In this document: positions 61,488 through 63,560 of the stretch, piece after piece
Numbering within the stretch: position 1 is the first letter of the stretch
Layout: every line of letters begins with the position of its first letter
IMG/VR virus record: IMGVR_UViG_3300000217_000002
Coordinates: 1-63,560 of that record
DNA from: a virus
Length of the DNA: 63,560 nt
Reading direction: 5' to 3' (one strand)
Notes under the pieces: generated by a model
Database searches by the model: none
Told to the model about the DNA's origin: nothing
What the model saw: the letters and a program-made list of their open reading frames with translations, nothing else
Translations under genes and position numbers: made by a program

Positions 61488-63217
61488 CAGATCAGACGAT
61501 ACAGATGGACGATTTCGACCAAGCTACTTTAGAGATGATTGGTGCGAATCTTCCCGACCAAAATACCGGATCAAAAGACATGGCCCTCTATGGCGGGGGC
61601 TATGACGGTGCCGATCAATTCGATCGCCAATTCATTTTGTGGCAGCCGTTCAACCGGTCCGCCGACGGGGATGTTATCCCGGACAAATATGTAGCCACAG
61701 CCCGCTCGCGGGACTTGCGTCGCAACGACGCGTACGTGGCTCACGGTGCAGAATTCCACCGGGATGCGGTGGTCGGTTCACGTTACCGCCTTCAAGCCAA
61801 ACCCAATTGGGAAAGACTTGGGTTGACGGAAGAATGGGCCAAAGAGTTCAGCGCGGAAGTCGAAGCCCGTTGGGAAGCTTACGCCGAAGGGGATGGTCGC
61901 TGGCTCGACGCAGCTCGTCGAAACACGTTCACCGGCTTGGTGCGGCTGGCGATTGTCAGCTACGTCGATCACCAAGAAATCCTTGCTTCGGTCGAATGGA
62001 TGCGTGAACAAGACCGCCCCGGACGGACCGCCATCAACCTGATTGACCCGGACAGACTTCTGACCCCATACGCTTTCGGCGGGGGCATCCGAGGACTGTT
62101 TGTTCAGAACCAGAAAATCAGAGGCGGAGTTGAACGTAACAAATTTGGACGACCTATCGCCTATCACATCCATGAAGGATATCCGCACGAGGCAGCTTTC
62201 GCAGGAAGCAATGCGCAATCAACACGTATTCTTGCTCGTAAGCCGTGGGGTCGGCGGCAGATCATCCACATCATGGAACAACAACGGATCGCCCAAACTC
62301 GTGGTATTTCCCAGATCGTCACTGCTCTGAAACAAAGCAAGATGGCCCACAAGTATCGCGAAGTGGTTCTCCAGAACGCGGTTTTGAATGCTTCTTTCGC
62401 AGCCACTATCGAAAGTGAATTGCCGACAGAGCAAGTGTTCCAAATGATGGGCAACGGGAGCGGAGGTATCGACCCAGTCGAATTGTATCTCGGCTTCGCA
62501 GGTCGTACGTTGGAGGCGCAAGGCAAATTCGGTAAAGGTTCTCGGAACCTGTCTGTGGACGGAGCTAAAATACCCCACCTTTGGCCCGGCACCAAGCTGA
62601 AACTCATGAACGCCGGGTCGCCCGGGGGCGTCGGAGACGACTTCGAAATGTCCCTATTGCGCAATTTGGCCGCATCGCTGGGCATGACCTACGAAGAGCT
62701 GGCAGGCGATCTCCGCAACACCAACTATTCGTCGATCCGTGCCGGAATGAATATGACGCAAAGAACGATGATGGCCCGTAAAGCCATGGTGGCCGATCAA
62801 TTCGCCCATCAATGCTACATCGTTTGGCTGGAAGAAGAATTGAACAACGGTCGTATCGAAGCCATGAAAGGCGTGACAAGCGCACCCAATTTCTACGACG
62901 GTCTCAACAAAGAGTGGTACTGCCGTTGCGAATGGCTCGGATCGGGACATGCCCAGATCGACGAACTCAAAGAAACCCAAGCCGCCATCCTCCGGATCGA
63001 GAAAGGTCTATCGACTTACGAGATCGAAATTGGTAAACTCCACGGTACGGACTACCGCGAGCATTTCCATCAGGTCGCTAAAGAGCGCGGTCTTTTGGAA
63101 GAATTGGATGTTGTGTTTGGTGAATCTAATGCTATTAACGCAGCGAGTGGAACCGTGAACGAAGCCAACACTTCAACCGGAAACACAGCGTCAACAGGAG
63201 ATGTCCCCGATGAGTAA
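61484..63217 (+). CDS. Portal protein (lambda gpB family)
   Basis: A 577-aa ORF between the gpW-like and protease genes. Its last 51 nt are also present at window positions 1-51. Confidence 0.8.
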   Translation: MTDQTIQMDDFDQATLEMIGANLPDQNTGSKDMALYGGGYDGADQFDRQFILWQPFNRSADGDVIPDKYVATARSRDLRRNDAYVAHGAEFHRDAVVGSRYRLQAKPNWERLGLTEEWAKEFSAEVEARWEAYAEGDGRWLDAARRNTFTGLVRLAIVSYVDHQEILASVEWMREQDRPGRTAINLIDPDRLLTPYAFGGGIRGLFVQNQKIRGGVERNKFGRPIAYHIHEGYPHEAAFAGSNAQSTRILARKPWGRRQIIHIMEQQRIAQTRGISQIVTALKQSKMAHKYREVVLQNAVLNASFAATIESELPTEQVFQMMGNGSGGIDPVELYLGFAGRTLEAQGKFGKGSRNLSVDGAKIPHLWPGTKLKLMNAGSPGGVGDDFEMSLLRNLAASLGMTYEELAGDLRNTNYSSIRAGMNMTQRTMMARKAMVADQFAHQCYIVWLEEELNNGRIEAMKGVTSAPNFYDGLNKEWYCRCEWLGSGHAQIDELKETQAAILRIEKGLSTYEIEIGKLHGTDYREHFHQVAKERGLLEELDVVFGESNAINAASGTVNEANTSTGNTASTGDVPDE

Positions 63218-63560
63218 ACCCGAAACCACGACGCGCAACCAGTATTGGCTTGTTAATCCAGACGATCTTGCTACGGCAGAAGAGTATCAAATCCGAGCCG
63301 AAACCCGGATCGAAGAGCTGGCCGAAGATGGTCAGATCGCGGATCAACAAGCTATGTTGATTACTGAAACTTTCTGGGAAGACTGCCCGTGGGCACGACC
63401 CTACACGGTCGTCGACGGCACTTTGATTATCCCGGTGCAAGGGGTCTTGCTCAACAAGTTCCCCTATGCGTTCCGTTTCGCAACCGGTTACGAATTTATC
63501 GAACAAGCACTTCTACGAGGCATGCAAGACGGCAACGTAGATCGTATTATGTTCGATGTG
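63167..63560. repeat. Second copy of the terminal repeat (identical to 1-394). It includes a duplicate of the first 351 nt of the protease gene from 63210.
   Basis: Base-for-base identity with the window start, checked by reading both ends. Confidence 0.95.

Noticed and set aside
63201-63560. A second, truncated protease gene at the window end
   Set aside because: It is the same DNA as 35-394, duplicated by the circular-assembly overlap, and not a paralogue.

Overview
The window is a complete, circularly closed genome of a tailed dsDNA phage. Bases 1-394 recur exactly at 63167-63560, so the unique unit is 63,166 bp. A GapR/DUF2312 homologue and lambda/GTA-like tail-tip genes suggest an alphaproteobacterial host. 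Every functional call rests on motifs and gene order read by eye; no database search was run.

Modules:
- Lambda-like packaging and head: TerS, TerL, gpW, portal, S49 protease/scaffold, gpD-like and gpE-like capsid proteins.
- Tail: Z/U-like proteins, tube, G/T chaperones, a 1593-aa tape measure, and an L/I/J-like tip.
- An HTH-metallophosphoesterase gene.
- Lysis cassette: M15 endolysin and overlapping spanins.
- A leftward block with an MT-A70 methylase and the GapR homologue.
- A second, collagen-like fibre module.
- A leftward early block: DnaA-domain-IV-like protein, dNMP kinase, MazG, Fic.
- A regulatory and ORFan island at 38.1-45.1 kb.
- A rightward replication block: AEP/VirE primase, DUF2800, DUF2815, PolA, C5 methylase, VRR-NUC, SNF2.

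I saw no integrase, tRNA, rRNA or CRISPR array.

Most notable observations:
1. A 347-aa LAGLIDADG intein with the class-3 WCT signature splits the TerL Walker A motif.
2. Two sigma-54-type -24/-12 promoters bracket the island, pointing outward. Both have a TTGCTGGCC motif upstream, and no enhancer-binding protein gene is visible in the phage.
3. Four genes carry frame disruptions: tandem duplications of 76 bp and 56 bp, and three homopolymer-run frame switches.
4. There is a 31-bp iteron array, a duplicated 67-bp upstream cassette, and a 1.1-kb ORF-poor region rich in palindromes.
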